DNA from: Escherichia coli
GTDB lineage: Bacteria; Pseudomonadota; Gammaproteobacteria; Enterobacterales; Enterobacteriaceae
Length of the DNA: 64,000 bases
Assembly (NCBI RefSeq): GCF_050920415.1
Contig: NZ_CP169309.1
Strand: one strand, 5' to 3'
Shown: one piece after another, positions 1 through 9,497 of the stretch
Numbering within the stretch: position 1 is the first letter of the stretch
Layout: each line of letters opens with the position of its first letter
Program-made: the position numbers and the translations under genes
Notes under the pieces: model-generated
Database searches by the model: none
Seen by the model: the letters and a program-made list of their open reading frames with translations, nothing else
Told to the model about the DNA's origin: nothing

Positions 1-69
1 TCCTGCTCCGGCACCTACCACTAACGCCAGCACGGCGCTGACCACGCCCGCCACCACGATTTTCTTCAT
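1..69 (-). CDS. N-terminal 23 codons of a membrane protein in the FliL/LafF position; rest lies outside the window
   Basis: Reverse complement of 1-69 reads ATG then MKKIVVAGVVSAVLALVVGAGAG (hydrophobic N-terminus), starting 7 nt downstream of the FliK-like stop. Identity is inferred from position only. Confidence 0.3.
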   Translation of the reverse strand, partial: MKKIVVAGVVSAVLALVVGAGAG

Positions 70-76
70 CTTGCCT

Positions 77-1141
77 TTACACTTTGATTAAAACGGATTC
101 GTTCTGTGGAAATTGAGGCGCATCGTCAAGAAGTAAGGCGGCACTCACCTCTTCCTGCTGATGGCCCGACTGTTGTTGCTGTTGCTGCGACTGCCCTTCG
201 GAGGAGACCTGTACGTTCACCTCCATAAAATTTTGCGCCGTCAGATGCTGGCGGAGATCGTCGCTAAACTGCTGTAACGCGCGACAAACCTCGCTTTGGT
301 TCGCGCCGAGGTGCACCGTCAGTTTGCCGTTGTCGAGTTGCACGGCGATCTCGAGCTTGCCAAGCGACGGCGGATCAAGACGTATCGTGGAGATCTGCTG
401 TTGTTTGTTGAGCTGAAAGTGGATCTGATCTTTCAGAAGCGTCGTCAGCTTTTCGCCCAGTTCGTCCATCGAAAGCGTGGCTGGTTTGGCGACAATCTCC
501 TGATGATCGCTGACCAGCTCCGGCGTCTTAACCTGCAACACGGCCCTCGCAATAACCGGCTCGCTGTCTGCTACTTTTTCCGTTTTACGCTCGACCTGCG
601 GGCGCGCGGTCACGCGGTTTGGCTCAGGTTTCGGACGAGCGGGCTGTGCCGATACGCGCGGCTGCGTCGGCGCAATGGCATGTAAATCTTCACTGGCGTA
701 AGTCGCCAGTCTGGCCTGCTGCTCCGGTTTCGCCTGTGGCAACTGGCCGACCAGCGCCTGCAACTGCGGCGGCAACGGCGTGGGCTCCTGCTGTTGCGTC
801 GGGTATTGTGGCGCGTTTTGCGCCACCGCTTTCGTCAAGTGCTGGATAACCGGCGATGTTGCGACATTTCGCGGCTGCGGCGTGTCCTGATGCGGCGCGG
901 CAGGTTGCGGAAGTAAGAGCGCCATTAGCGCCTGCATCGCCACCGGATCGTTCTCCTGCGGATGCGTCGCCTGTTGCTGGCTGGTTTTAGCGTTATGAAC
1001 GCGCTCTGCCACCGCGGCCACCGCCATTTTCGGCAGGGTAAACGCGGGCGCGTTTTCACCGCTCACCGACGGTAAAATATCCGCCTTCAACGACGCGGTT
1101 TCCGCAAGTGTTCCGAGCGTGGCAAGCAATGCCGGATTCAT
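77..1141 (-). CDS. lafE: Flagellar hook-length control protein, FliK-like (Flag-2 LafE position)
   Basis: 354 aa; Pro/Gln-rich central region and a C-terminal segment typical of FliK C-domains (…LDPPSLGKLEIAVQLDNGKLTVHLGA…), followed by a Gln-rich tail. Confidence 0.75.
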   Translation of the reverse strand: MNPALLATLGTLAETASLKADILPSVSGENAPAFTLPKMAVAAVAERVHNAKTSQQQATHPQENDPVAMQALMALLLPQPAAPHQDTPQPRNVATSPVIQHLTKAVAQNAPQYPTQQQEPTPLPPQLQALVGQLPQAKPEQQARLATYASEDLHAIAPTQPRVSAQPARPKPEPNRVTARPQVERKTEKVADSEPVIARAVLQVKTPELVSDHQEIVAKPATLSMDELGEKLTTLLKDQIHFQLNKQQQISTIRLDPPSLGKLEIAVQLDNGKLTVHLGANQSEVCRALQQFSDDLRQHLTAQNFMEVNVQVSSEGQSQQQQQQSGHQQEEVSAALLLDDAPQFPQNESVLIKV

Positions 1142-1449
1142 GACTTCTCCGATAATAAATTAACAATTGAGTAGGCCAGCACGCCTTCCTGATGGCGCTG
1201 ATGCTGTTCCATACGCGCCTTCAACACTTCTGCACGCTGCTCGCGCCGTTTAATCAGGGCATTAAACGCGCCGTACAATTGTGCTTTCACCGCACACAAC
1301 TGCGCCGCATCGGTTTCCGCCGCCGCGTAATCGTGAAACTGGCGCATCAATTGCTGATGCAGTGCCGGAAGGCGTCGCCAGCGTTGTTTATCCAGTGCCT
1401 CATTCATCGCCTCAACCAGCGCGAAAAGTTGCCTGCATTGTTTTTCCAT
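1138..1449 (-). CDS. lafD: Small helical flagellar export chaperone, FliT-like (LafD position)
   Basis: 103 aa helical protein between the FliS-like and FliK-like genes; stop/start overlaps the downstream gene. Assignment by synteny and size. Confidence 0.5.
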   Translation of the reverse strand: MEKQCRQLFALVEAMNEALDKQRWRRLPALHQQLMRQFHDYAAAETDAAQLCAVKAQLYGAFNALIKRREQRAEVLKARMEQHQRHQEGVLAYSIVNLLSEKS

Positions 1450-1453
1450 CGTC

Positions 1454-1846
1454 TTAACCCAGCTTGCCCGAAAGCCCTTCCCAGCCTTCGCGCAGGTTGC
1501 TTAAAATCAGCATCACTTCATCGATTTTCTCTGCCGACAGTTCGCCGCTGGCCTCATACAAGCGATACACACAGTGGTCATAGAGGCGTGAAAGGTTGAC
1601 CACCAGCTCGCCGCCGGTTTCAAATTCCAGCGAACTGGTGAGCGCATTGAGAATGTCGATGCATTTATTGATGCTCTGGGCTTTCTTCTCGAAACGCCGC
1701 CCTTCAATATGACTTTTGGCGCGTTCCAGCTCGTCCATCAGGCCAGAAAACAGCACCAGCACCAGTTCCAGAGGCGATGCCGCCGCTGTACGCGCCGCGA
1801 GATCGATCTCTTTATATTGCGAATAGCCATCCTGTACTTGGTACAT
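1454..1846 (-). CDS. lafC: Flagellin-specific chaperone FliS-like
   Basis: 130 aa; matches FliS family features (…SPLELVLVLFSGLMDELERAK…, …LSRLYDHCVYRL…) and lies directly downstream of the FliD-like gene. Confidence 0.85.
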   Translation of the reverse strand: MYQVQDGYSQYKEIDLAARTAAASPLELVLVLFSGLMDELERAKSHIEGRRFEKKAQSINKCIDILNALTSSLEFETGGELVVNLSRLYDHCVYRLYEASGELSAEKIDEVMLILSNLREGWEGLSGKLG

Positions 1847-1868
1847 CTTTAGGGATATTCCTTCTGAG

Positions 1869-3185
1869 TTACGCGAATGCCGCCATGCTGGCTTTCATGG
1901 TGTACACCTCAACCAGCGTGTTGGTGTACTCCTCCAGATAACGGTCGTAGTTGGCGTTATAGGTATCGGTAAGCTGATCGCCTTCGTCCTGAATTTTGCT
2001 CATCTGATCGTCAATGTTCTGCTGGCGCAGGGTGATGATGCCGTTGCTGGAGTCCGTGTAGGTGTTAATCAGATCGTCCATCTGTGCCACCATGCTGTTG
2101 TCGCCAACGAAAATAGAGGTCAGACCGTCAGGATTTTTCGCCATTTCGTCGTTGAACTGGTCGGAGTCAATCTGTAAGTGGCCGTGAGAATCAAGCGTGA
2201 TGCCATAGTCAACAATCGACACCCCGTTGTAGCTGGCATGGGCGATATCATCGAGCTGGTTCGCCAGTGAGCTGAGTCCGGCATCACCCGCAAATACCCC
2301 GGCGCTGGTACTGTCATCACCGTGGGTGGTCAATGAATCAACCGTATCAATCAAGGTGTTATAGGCATCAACAAAGGTCTGTACTTTCTCCTGGCTGGCG
2401 CTGGAATCTTCGCTGATGTTAAAGGTAGTGAGATCGCTGTCAGAATCGCTGACTTCGGTAAAAGTCATGGTGACGCCGGGGATCACATCATCAAAGGTGT
2501 TGCTGCTATTGGTGATGGCGGGCCCCGTGGCACTGCCGAGATGAATAATCGCGTCCTGAGCGGAGGAAACATCCGTAGCAACGGGCGCGCTGGCGCTGTC
2601 GTTGCTGGCATCATGCCCCGTTACGCTCACCGAAAACGCGCTCTGCGCCCCGGTGCTATCCGAGGTGAGCATAATGGTGGTGGTGCCATCGGTTTTTACC
2701 AGTGCCGCTGAAACGCCGGGGTTATCGTCAGAGTCGTTAATCGCATTCACCAGCTCGCTGGCGTCGATAAAACCGTCGCCGTCACCGTTCTGATCCGCCG
2801 CCGCCAGGTCGATATCCATGGTGCTGTCGCCCATCGTCAGCTCGAAGGTGCCGGTAGCGGAAAAGGCGTCGTCGCCCATACTGAACGTGGTCTGCTGCCC
2901 CTGCGCCAGTTGCTCAACGAAAAATGAGTAGCTTCCCGCCTGTGCCTGCGAGTTAGCGGAAACGGTCGCTGAGTCATTATTGCTGGTGGCGGCAAATGTT
3001 ACCGGGCCGTCGGTATCGCTGTTCAGCGCATCGACGGCACTTTGAAAGTCGCTCAACGCCGAGCTGAGCGTATCCAGGCCGCTGCTTTCGGCATCCAGCT
3101 CCGTTTGCTTCTCCTGCAAATTTGCCGCCTGAGTGGCGACATCCGCATAAGCGATTTCCTGGGCAATAGTTCTTGGGTTAATCAT
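1869..3185 (-). CDS. lafB: Flagellar filament cap protein FliD-like (HAP2)
   Basis: 438 aa; N-terminal coiled-coil, Ser/Thr/Asp-rich central region and C-terminal helical segment typical of FliD; sits between the flagellin and FliS-like genes. Confidence 0.85.
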   Translation of the reverse strand: MINPRTIAQEIAYADVATQAANLQEKQTELDAESSGLDTLSSALSDFQSAVDALNSDTDGPVTFAATSNNDSATVSANSQAQAGSYSFFVEQLAQGQQTTFSMGDDAFSATGTFELTMGDSTMDIDLAAADQNGDGDGFIDASELVNAINDSDDNPGVSAALVKTDGTTTIMLTSDSTGAQSAFSVSVTGHDASNDSASAPVATDVSSAQDAIIHLGSATGPAITNSSNTFDDVIPGVTMTFTEVSDSDSDLTTFNISEDSSASQEKVQTFVDAYNTLIDTVDSLTTHGDDSTSAGVFAGDAGLSSLANQLDDIAHASYNGVSIVDYGITLDSHGHLQIDSDQFNDEMAKNPDGLTSIFVGDNSMVAQMDDLINTYTDSSNGIITLRQQNIDDQMSKIQDEGDQLTDTYNANYDRYLEEYTNTLVEVYTMKASMAAFA

Positions 3186-3364
3186 TGATGACTCCGGTTA
3201 ACGATGTCAGGTTATTGGCAAAAGGCGTGCCAATATTTTTTATGTTAATAATCAATAATTTGAAAAATGGGCGGAAAGCGTGTTTCCGGTTCGGCGGAAA
3301 AGTGCCTGCCGCAAAAAGCACAACACCGCCCGCAGGCGGTATTGAGACTGATGACAAACGCAAC

Positions 3365-3466
3365 ACTGCCTGATGCGCTGCGCTTATCAGGCCTACAAGG
3401 TTTCTGCAATATATTGAATTTGCAATATTTTGTAGGCCGGATAAGGCGTTCACGCCGCATCCGGCA
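3365..3466. repeat. BIME: two inverted REP palindromes downstream of the flagellin gene
   Basis: gcctgatgcgctgcgcttatcaggcctac … gtaggccggataaggcgttcacgccgcatccggca; classic E. coli REP sequence. A near-identical pair with the same linker occurs at 24050-24152. Confidence 0.75.
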
Positions 3467-3474
3467 ATCCCGCA

Positions 3475-4389
3475 CTACTGCAGCAGGCTGGAAACCATGC
3501 TGGACATGCTGTTGGACTGTTTCAGCATGGTGATACCGGTCTGCATCAGCACCTGCTGTTTGGTCATGTTGGACGCTTCCGTCGCGTAGTCGGTATCCAT
3601 AATGTTGCCGATAGCGACTTCGGTGTTGTCCTGCATGCTGGTCAGGTTGTTGGCAGTGTCGTTCAGACGGTTAATAGACGCACCCAGCTTGGATTGGATC
3701 TGCGAAACATCATCCATCGCGGTAGAAATGCTGGTAATCATCTGGTTAGCTGAGCCAGACGCAGTCAGTTCAGTACCGCCAGACACGCCTGCGGTGCCCG
3801 TGGTGTCAGCCTGATCCGCACTAAAGGAGTTGCTGATAGCAGAAAGATCCGTCACCAGCGTGTTCAGTTGGCTTGAAATGTTCACGGTCATGGTATCGGA
3901 AGATTCCGCTCCCACCTGGAAAGTCACCGCGCTCTGGAACAGGCCGTCAGTACCGGTGTTGCTGGTGCCGGAAACACCGAACAGGTTGGTGCCGCCGTAA
4001 GTGGTGTTTTGCAGCATGTCAGACATCTGCTGGCCCAGTTCGTCGTATTCGTCCTGCATCGCCTGCAGGTCATCGTCGCTGTAGGTGCCGTTCGCTGCCT
4101 GAGTTGACAGGTCTTTCATACGACCCAGCACATCAGACATTTCGTCGAACATGCTGTCAGCGGTTTGCAGCATCGCCGTTGCATCATTAATGTTGCTCAG
4201 TGCCACCCCCATACCGCTGGACTGTGCAGTCAGACGGTTAGCAATCTGTTTGCCTGCGGCGTCATCGGCAGAAGAGTTAATCCGGTTACCTGTTGCCAGG
4301 CGTTCCATAGATGTAGACAAAGAAGAACTGCTTTTGCTGATTGCATTAACGGCGGCCATTGAGGCGTTATTGGTGTTAATAGATAACAT
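3475..4389 (-). CDS. lafA: Lateral flagellin
   Basis: Starts MLSINTNNASMAAVN… at the internal Met of the 330-aa ORF (304 aa from that Met); conserved flagellin N-terminus (…LATGNRINSSADDAAG…) and C-terminus (…TEASNMTKQQVLMQTGITML…). Confidence 0.9.
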   Translation of the reverse strand: MLSINTNNASMAAVNAISKSSSSLSTSMERLATGNRINSSADDAAGKQIANRLTAQSSGMGVALSNINDATAMLQTADSMFDEMSDVLGRMKDLSTQAANGTYSDDDLQAMQDEYDELGQQMSDMLQNTTYGGTNLFGVSGTSNTGTDGLFQSAVTFQVGAESSDTMTVNISSQLNTLVTDLSAISNSFSADQADTTGTAGVSGGTELTASGSANQMITSISTAMDDVSQIQSKLGASINRLNDTANNLTSMQDNTEVAIGNIMDTDYATEASNMTKQQVLMQTGITMLKQSNSMSSMVSSLLQ

Positions 4390-4874
4390 GATACTGCTCC
4401 TTGGGATTAATCGTTTTCGTTTCGATACCCTGTAAAAACGACACCTCAGGCGCAAACTTAAAATCACTATGAAAAAAATTTCGCCACGTATTATCCGATG
4501 CCACTTTTAGCTAAAAAAAGCAGAGGTTAAATTCAGATAAAAAGATTATTAGCAATATCTGCCACATGGCCAGGTATCAAAATATGTCTTTATCAATTGC
4601 TTGATATAGTTAAGATTGTCATCAATTAACGCGTTTTCTTCACAATGTACTGATGCCAAAATTTACATTGCGTTGCAAATAGTACACATTTGGCTATTGT
4701 ACCTGTCCTGTCATTTCGTTACATTCCCACGCCATATAGTGATTAAGAATAATCCTATTACCATAAAATATTAATTATCACGCAGAAAAATCATCTTCTC
4801 AGGGACGTATAAGACTGTGCTTTATGTAAAGCACTATCAGGAACCATTTATCCCTTGCTAAGGTAAACTCAACT

Positions 4875-5717
4875 ATGAGTATTATTATCAACAACTGGCG
4901 GATGGACCCGTCACTCAATGCCTTAATACATTGCGAAACGGGTGAAACACGTCGTCTCGGCGAATACCATTTTATTTTGCTGGAAACATTAGCAAAAAAT
5001 GCCGATGTGGTTTTATCGCGATCTTATTTATGTGCCGAAGTATGGAAGAACCGCATTGTCGGCGGTAACAGCCTGCCGACGGCGATCCATGCGTTGCGCG
5101 TTGCTATCGACGATGATGGCAAACAACAGAACATTATCAAAACCATCCCGAAAAAAGGTTACTTGTGCAATAAAGAGTATGTGTCTTTGCCGGAATCATC
5201 GCCTGCGGAAAAGCTGATGATTACCGACCAGGTACAGAAAACTGTGCCAGAAAAGATATCTTCGACAACACCGCCTTTACCTGGTAGAAAAAAATATAAA
5301 GAAATGATAGGGCTGGCGTTGAGCGCAGCTGTTATTTTTGTTGGCTCGACCGTGGGCTATTCACACTTGAAAAGTACACCTGACGCCCCGCAACTGGTAA
5401 AAGAGTCAATTAACAGTCCAAGAATAAAAATATTTCATTTAACTTCTGCTGGAGAAAATACTTCCGTACCGTTACTATCACAAACCCTCGCACCAGGAAA
5501 AGACAAACTCGATAATTTATTGTCAGCGCATAATATGACAATGACAACCTATTATAAATATGTTCGTAACCGACTGGAGAGTGATATTGTTCTGCGCAAC
5601 CAGTGCAATGGTAGCTGGCAATTAACCTTTAATGTGGAAGGCTGGCAGAACAGTGATATTAATAGCACGATGTATCAGAATTTAGAGAAGTTGTTAAATA
5701 CTGTGCAGAAGTGCTGA
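4875..5717 (+). CDS. lafZ: ToxR/CadC-like membrane-anchored winged-helix transcriptional regulator (LafZ position)
   Basis: 280 aa; N-terminal OmpR/PhoB-type winged-helix-like region, one hydrophobic span (…IGLALSAAVIFVGSTVGYSHL…), then a C-terminal domain; AT-rich upstream region. Confidence 0.55.
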   Translation: MSIIINNWRMDPSLNALIHCETGETRRLGEYHFILLETLAKNADVVLSRSYLCAEVWKNRIVGGNSLPTAIHALRVAIDDDGKQQNIIKTIPKKGYLCNKEYVSLPESSPAEKLMITDQVQKTVPEKISSTTPPLPGRKKYKEMIGLALSAAVIFVGSTVGYSHLKSTPDAPQLVKESINSPRIKIFHLTSAGENTSVPLLSQTLAPGKDKLDNLLSAHNMTMTTYYKYVRNRLESDIVLRNQCNGSWQLTFNVEGWQNSDINSTMYQNLEKLLNTVQKC

Positions 5718-5730
5718 TGAATACGAATAT

Positions 5731-5771
5731 ATGCCGGATGCGACGCTAAACGCGTCTTATCCGGCCTACCG
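5731..5771. repeat. REP element
   Basis: atgccggatgcgacgctaaacgcgtcttatccggcctacc; canonical REP palindrome. Confidence 0.7.
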
Positions 5772-5775
5772 ATAA

Positions 5776-6753
5776 TTACCCCAATAAATTCCTCACCGTC
5801 TGGCTGGAAATTCGCGCCTGACCGTTCACCGCCTGCAATAAAACCTGATAGTTATGATTGGCGCTGTCGAGCACACCGCCGAGATTTTCCGACGCCTGTA
5901 CCGCACTTTCTGTCTGCGGGAAGCGGGACATGCCGTCGATCAACTGGCGGGCCTTTTCCTGCTGCACAGCCATCTTCGCGCGCTGCTGATTAATGTTTTC
6001 TAACGTCTGAGAAATCCCCGCCCCGCCCTGTTGCAGGCTTTGAGCTAACCGCTCAGCCTCAGAGGGTTCGGCAAAGGTTTTTAGTGGCATAAACGCTGAT
6101 TTATCGCCATCGGTGCGCACGCTTAACGTGCGTTCAATGTCAGGCCACTGTTTTTCGGTGGTGGAGAAGCTGATGCCATCCGCTTGCTGATGCAGCTGCA
6201 CGCCTACGCGGCGCAGGGCGTTGGTCAGCCGTGTCTGGTACTGCCCGGCGTTATCATCCTCAGACAGCATCACCGCCGAAAGCTGGGTCTGCCGCCCGTC
6301 AGAAACGCTGAACATCCGCGTTCCCAGTGTGGGGTTGTTGACGAGATTCGCCAAATCCGGCGAGTGAAAGGTCACCCGCGCTTCCCCCTGCAACACCGGC
6401 TGCAACTGGCGGTCCACCGCGCCGCCGGAAAGTGCGGTGCGTTTGTCCAGCATCTGCGTGAGCGCCGTACTCTGCGCCTGCCCGCCCTTACGCAGGCTGT
6501 GACGATAATCGAGCAACTGCTGTTCCAGTTGCCCGAGATAGTGATCCGCCTGCTGCAAGGTGGTGAGCTGGTCGTTAAGCTGCACGCTGTAACGCTGCGG
6601 GCGAGTGGTAATCAGCGGCGAGGCCGGATATTCACTCGCCGTCGCCGGGAGCTTTTGCCGCACCGCCTGAGTGGGCGCAACGGTTGACGACGATACCGCA
6701 GCGCTATGCGCACCGCCGGTGGCGAGTGATGAAGATGTAAGTCCGACCTGCAT
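5776..6753 (-). CDS. lafW: Uncharacterised Flag-2 protein (LafW position)
   Basis: 325-aa ORF between the FlgL-like gene and the regulator; Gln/Leu/Ala-rich helical composition; no motif I can assign. Gene symbol is by position only. Confidence 0.45.
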   Translation of the reverse strand: MQVGLTSSSLATGGAHSAAVSSSTVAPTQAVRQKLPATASEYPASPLITTRPQRYSVQLNDQLTTLQQADHYLGQLEQQLLDYRHSLRKGGQAQSTALTQMLDKRTALSGGAVDRQLQPVLQGEARVTFHSPDLANLVNNPTLGTRMFSVSDGRQTQLSAVMLSEDDNAGQYQTRLTNALRRVGVQLHQQADGISFSTTEKQWPDIERTLSVRTDGDKSAFMPLKTFAEPSEAERLAQSLQQGGAGISQTLENINQQRAKMAVQQEKARQLIDGMSRFPQTESAVQASENLGGVLDSANHNYQVLLQAVNGQARISSQTVRNLLG

Positions 6754-6769
6754 ACTGTTCCTGAAAGAG

Positions 6770-7597
6770 TTAGAGAACGCTGAATAAATTCAACTCACTC
6801 ACTTTCGAGTAAGTCTTGAGGGTAGCTTCCATTGCCACTTCCAGTCCGGTAAAGGTGATCGACGCAGGGCCGTAATCGAGATCCTGCAATGAACCAATCA
6901 ACTCATCATTAGAGGTAGAGATATCGGTCTGCGCATCGCTCAGCATCGACATGGTGTTTTGTGTCTCGCCGAGCGACGCAATCGAGGCGTTGAGGTCGTC
7001 CGAGGCGGTGTCCACCACATTAACGGCGTTTTGAATATCGCTTTGTACCTGCGGATCTGCCGGGTCAACGTTAGGGTCTTGCAACTCCTGAGAGAGCGAA
7101 TTGAGCGTGTTGAGCACATCTAAATTACTTCCGAAGAAATCGCTCACCGCCACGTTGGTATCCACTTCAACGCCGTTCGACACCGTCGTCTGGCGATGGT
7201 CGCTGTTACCCTGATAGCTGTAGCTATCGGTCACGCCATCACCGTCATCGTCCAACGCCACAATCGGCGGCTGATCGTTGATGGTGCCGCCAAAGACGTA
7301 ATGCCCGTCTTCATCCTGATAGTTGAGCGCCGCCAGCAGGCTGTTGTTGACGCCATCGAGAATCGACTCCTGCTGGCTTAACCCCGCCGACGCAGAGTCA
7401 ATATTGCTTTGATACTGCTCAATCGCCGACTGCTGGCGGTTCAACTGAGTGATGCGTGTGGCGGCGATAGGATCATCCGATGGCTGCAAAATTTCCTTGC
7501 CGGTTGCCATCTGCTCGACCACGTGCGCCAGTTCGCCAGAAAGATTATTAAAACTTTGCGTCATCGAGACGTAGGTTTGTTGAGTGGTTACTCGCAT
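6770..7597 (-). CDS. lfgL: Hook-filament junction protein FlgL-like (HAP3)
   Basis: Start chosen at the internal ATG (MRVTTQQTYVSM…), which has a GGGAG Shine-Dalgarno upstream and a 14-nt gap after flgK; flagellin-like terminal helices. The ORF track start at 7621 is the alternative. Confidence 0.8.
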   Translation of the reverse strand: MRVTTQQTYVSMTQSFNNLSGELAHVVEQMATGKEILQPSDDPIAATRITQLNRQQSAIEQYQSNIDSASAGLSQQESILDGVNNSLLAALNYQDEDGHYVFGGTINDQPPIVALDDDGDGVTDSYSYQGNSDHRQTTVSNGVEVDTNVAVSDFFGSNLDVLNTLNSLSQELQDPNVDPADPQVQSDIQNAVNVVDTASDDLNASIASLGETQNTMSMLSDAQTDISTSNDELIGSLQDLDYGPASITFTGLEVAMEATLKTYSKVSELNLFSVL

Positions 7598-7611
7598 TTT
7601 CGCGCTCCCGC

Positions 7612-8988
7612 TTAGCTGCACATTTCCAGCACCGAATCGAAAATCTCGGCCCCGGCGGAAATGACTTTCAGATTGGCTTCATAAATTTGTTGATAGGTGA
7701 TCAGGTTCACCGCCTCTTCGTCCATGCTGACGCCGCTGACGCTGCTCTGCTGGTTTTGCGCCTCAGAATAGACATTGGACGCAGCGGTCACTTCGGTCTG
7801 GTTTTGCTGAGTGTAAATGCCGATATTGCTGATGATTGACGAGCACGCTTGCCCGACCGTCACGCTGCCGAGGTTGCCTATCTCCAACGGCTCAGTGGAG
7901 ATGTTGATCAGCGCCTGCAGGTTGTCGCTGTTGCCGCTTTCATCCGGCGAACTGGAGAACGCCAGTTCATCGGCGGTGATATCCGGGTTAACGGTCAGCG
8001 GGCCATCGGCATTACTGGCATCGTAAATAAACAGCGGCTCGCCGGGGTTACCGTTGAGATCGTAGCCCTGCGCCAGCTGGTTGTTGACCGCATCGGCAAA
8101 CTGCGACGCCATGCTGTTGATGGTGTCGGTCAGCGGCGTCAGCACGTCGTTTTGATAATCAAAAAGTGCGCCTAATGAACCGCCGGTGTCGGTGGTCATG
8201 GTCGAGGTCGTTCCGGCAAAGGTCAGTGTCATCGTTGGCGTGCCATCGGCGTTGGTTTCCAGCGCAATGGTCGAGCTTTGCTGCCCGCTCACCAGCGGCT
8301 GACCGTTTTGCAGGGTGACGTTGTAGTTGCCCTGGTCGTCGATATTGACCTGCACATCCATCATCCCGCTGAGTTCTTCCACCATCTGGTCGCGGGCATC
8401 GTACAGCGCAGAGGCGTTATCGCCGTTGGCTTCGGCCTGGGCGATTTGCTGGTTATAGCTGGCGATGCCGCTGGTGAGGGTGTTAATTTGCGACACCATC
8501 GCCTGCTGCTGGCTGATGATTTCCGTGCTTTGCGAGTCGATGTAATCGAGCGTGTTATCGATACGCAACGACAGCGCCCCGGCTTCGCTGATCACCTGCT
8601 CGCGCAGGGCAGAATCATCGGGGCTGGTGGTCGCTTCGTTGAGGGCCGCGAAAAAGTTATCGAACCCGCCGCTCAGGCTGCTGTTATCGTCGCTCAATAC
8701 CGCTTCCAGTTGCGTGAGATACCCTTGCTGGGTGTTGTAATAGCCGTAATCGCTGGCGGCATACCACACCTGATTCACCTGATACTGGTTGGAGACGCGA
8801 CGAATGCTGTCGACCTGCACACCGTTTCCGGCGCTGTTCGGCGAACCGCCGCTGGCACCGATGGTGCTGATCTCCGCCACCTGGCGGGTGTAGCCCGTGG
8901 TCATGGCGTTAGCGGTGTTTTGCGCCGTGACGTTCAGCTCCACCTGCGCCGTTGATGCGCCGCTGTAGCCGATGTTAATCATGTCCAT
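7612..8988 (-). CDS. lfgK: Hook-associated protein FlgK-like (HAP1)
   Basis: 458 aa; N-terminus MDMINIGYSGASTAQVELNVTAQNTANAMTTGY… and C-terminal …NLITYQQIYEANLKVI… are typical of FlgK. Confidence 0.85.
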   Translation of the reverse strand: MDMINIGYSGASTAQVELNVTAQNTANAMTTGYTRQVAEISTIGASGGSPNSAGNGVQVDSIRRVSNQYQVNQVWYAASDYGYYNTQQGYLTQLEAVLSDDNSSLSGGFDNFFAALNEATTSPDDSALREQVISEAGALSLRIDNTLDYIDSQSTEIISQQQAMVSQINTLTSGIASYNQQIAQAEANGDNASALYDARDQMVEELSGMMDVQVNIDDQGNYNVTLQNGQPLVSGQQSSTIALETNADGTPTMTLTFAGTTSTMTTDTGGSLGALFDYQNDVLTPLTDTINSMASQFADAVNNQLAQGYDLNGNPGEPLFIYDASNADGPLTVNPDITADELAFSSSPDESGNSDNLQALINISTEPLEIGNLGSVTVGQACSSIISNIGIYTQQNQTEVTAASNVYSEAQNQQSSVSGVSMDEEAVNLITYQQIYEANLKVISAGAEIFDSVLEMCS

Positions 8989-9070
8989 GTTGGATCCTTA
9001 CCGGTAAATCGTGCCGGATAAAAGCGGCGTGAAGTTGGGGATTCTTAAGTGGGAGGGGGTGCGCGCATTG

Positions 9071-9192
9071 CCCCCTCACCCTAACCCTCTCCCTGAGGGA
9101 GAGGGGACCGATCGAGCACGGTATTGAACAGGGTGCCGGTTTTCTCCCTCTCCCTGTGGGAGAGGGCCGGGGTGAGGGCATCAGCGCGCACC
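9071..9192 (+). repeat. Copy A of a ~120-bp composite palindromic intergenic repeat
   Basis: ccccctcaccctaaccctctccctgagggagagggg … ttttctccctctccctgtgggagagggccggggtgagggc; two hairpin modules. Nearly identical to copy B (11346-11470) and inverted copy C (21429-21545). Confidence 0.8.
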
Positions 9193-9197
9193 TCCCC

Positions 9198-9497
9198 TCA
9201 CCTATGCTTCGGCGACAACTGCTTCACAATCATCGCCGCAATCCCTATCCCGTGCTGCTGCGCCAGGGCGTTACACAACTCATCGTCATAAAATCCCTGC
9301 ATCATGCGCACCGAATCGCTGTTAAATGGGTTATCTTTCGAATCAAACAACTCGTTGGTTTTTCGCATCTCTTTGAGCATGTTGCGTAAAAAAATCGCCT
9401 CAAACTGTTCGGCGGCCTGCTTAATATCATTGGCCTGAACCTTCGGCCCCATTAACGCATCGCTGCCGTCAATCCCGCCGCTGGCGTTGACTTTCAT
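9198..9497 (-). CDS. lfgJ: Short FlgJ-like protein (rod-binding domain only; no muramidase domain)
   Basis: 99 aa; …IKQAAEQFEAIFLRNMLKEMRKT… matches the FlgJ N-terminal rod-binding motif. The ORF ends at 9198, so no glucosaminidase domain is encoded. Confidence 0.75.
   Translation of the reverse strand: MKVNASGGIDGSDALMGPKVQANDIKQAAEQFEAIFLRNMLKEMRKTNELFDSKDNPFNSDSVRMMQGFYDDELCNALAQQHGIGIAAMIVKQLSPKHR

Noticed and set aside
296-685. Antisense and internal ORFs from the six-frame track inside well-supported flagellar genes (for example 296-685 +, 6184-6687 +, 8278-8955 +, 36378-37367 -, 37348-38163 -).
   Set aside because: They lie entirely within, and antisense or out of frame to, genes with clear family signatures. 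GC-rich DNA produces long spurious frames; none has a recognisable motif or ribosome-binding context.
4480-4500. Sigma-28 promoter upstream of the flagellin gene (CGGATAA on the minus strand near 4491-4498).
   Set aside because: A -10-like element exists but I could not find a TAAA -35 at the consensus spacing by eye; too uncertain to annotate.
8975-9389. ORFs 8975-9181 (-), 9156-9389 (+), 11329-11760 (+) and 21240-21575 (-), which overlap the palindromic repeat copies.
   Set aside because: Their open frames are produced by the GC-rich repeat sequence itself (Pro/Gly/Glu/Arg runs). The repeat occurs in both orientations, which argues against conserved coding.
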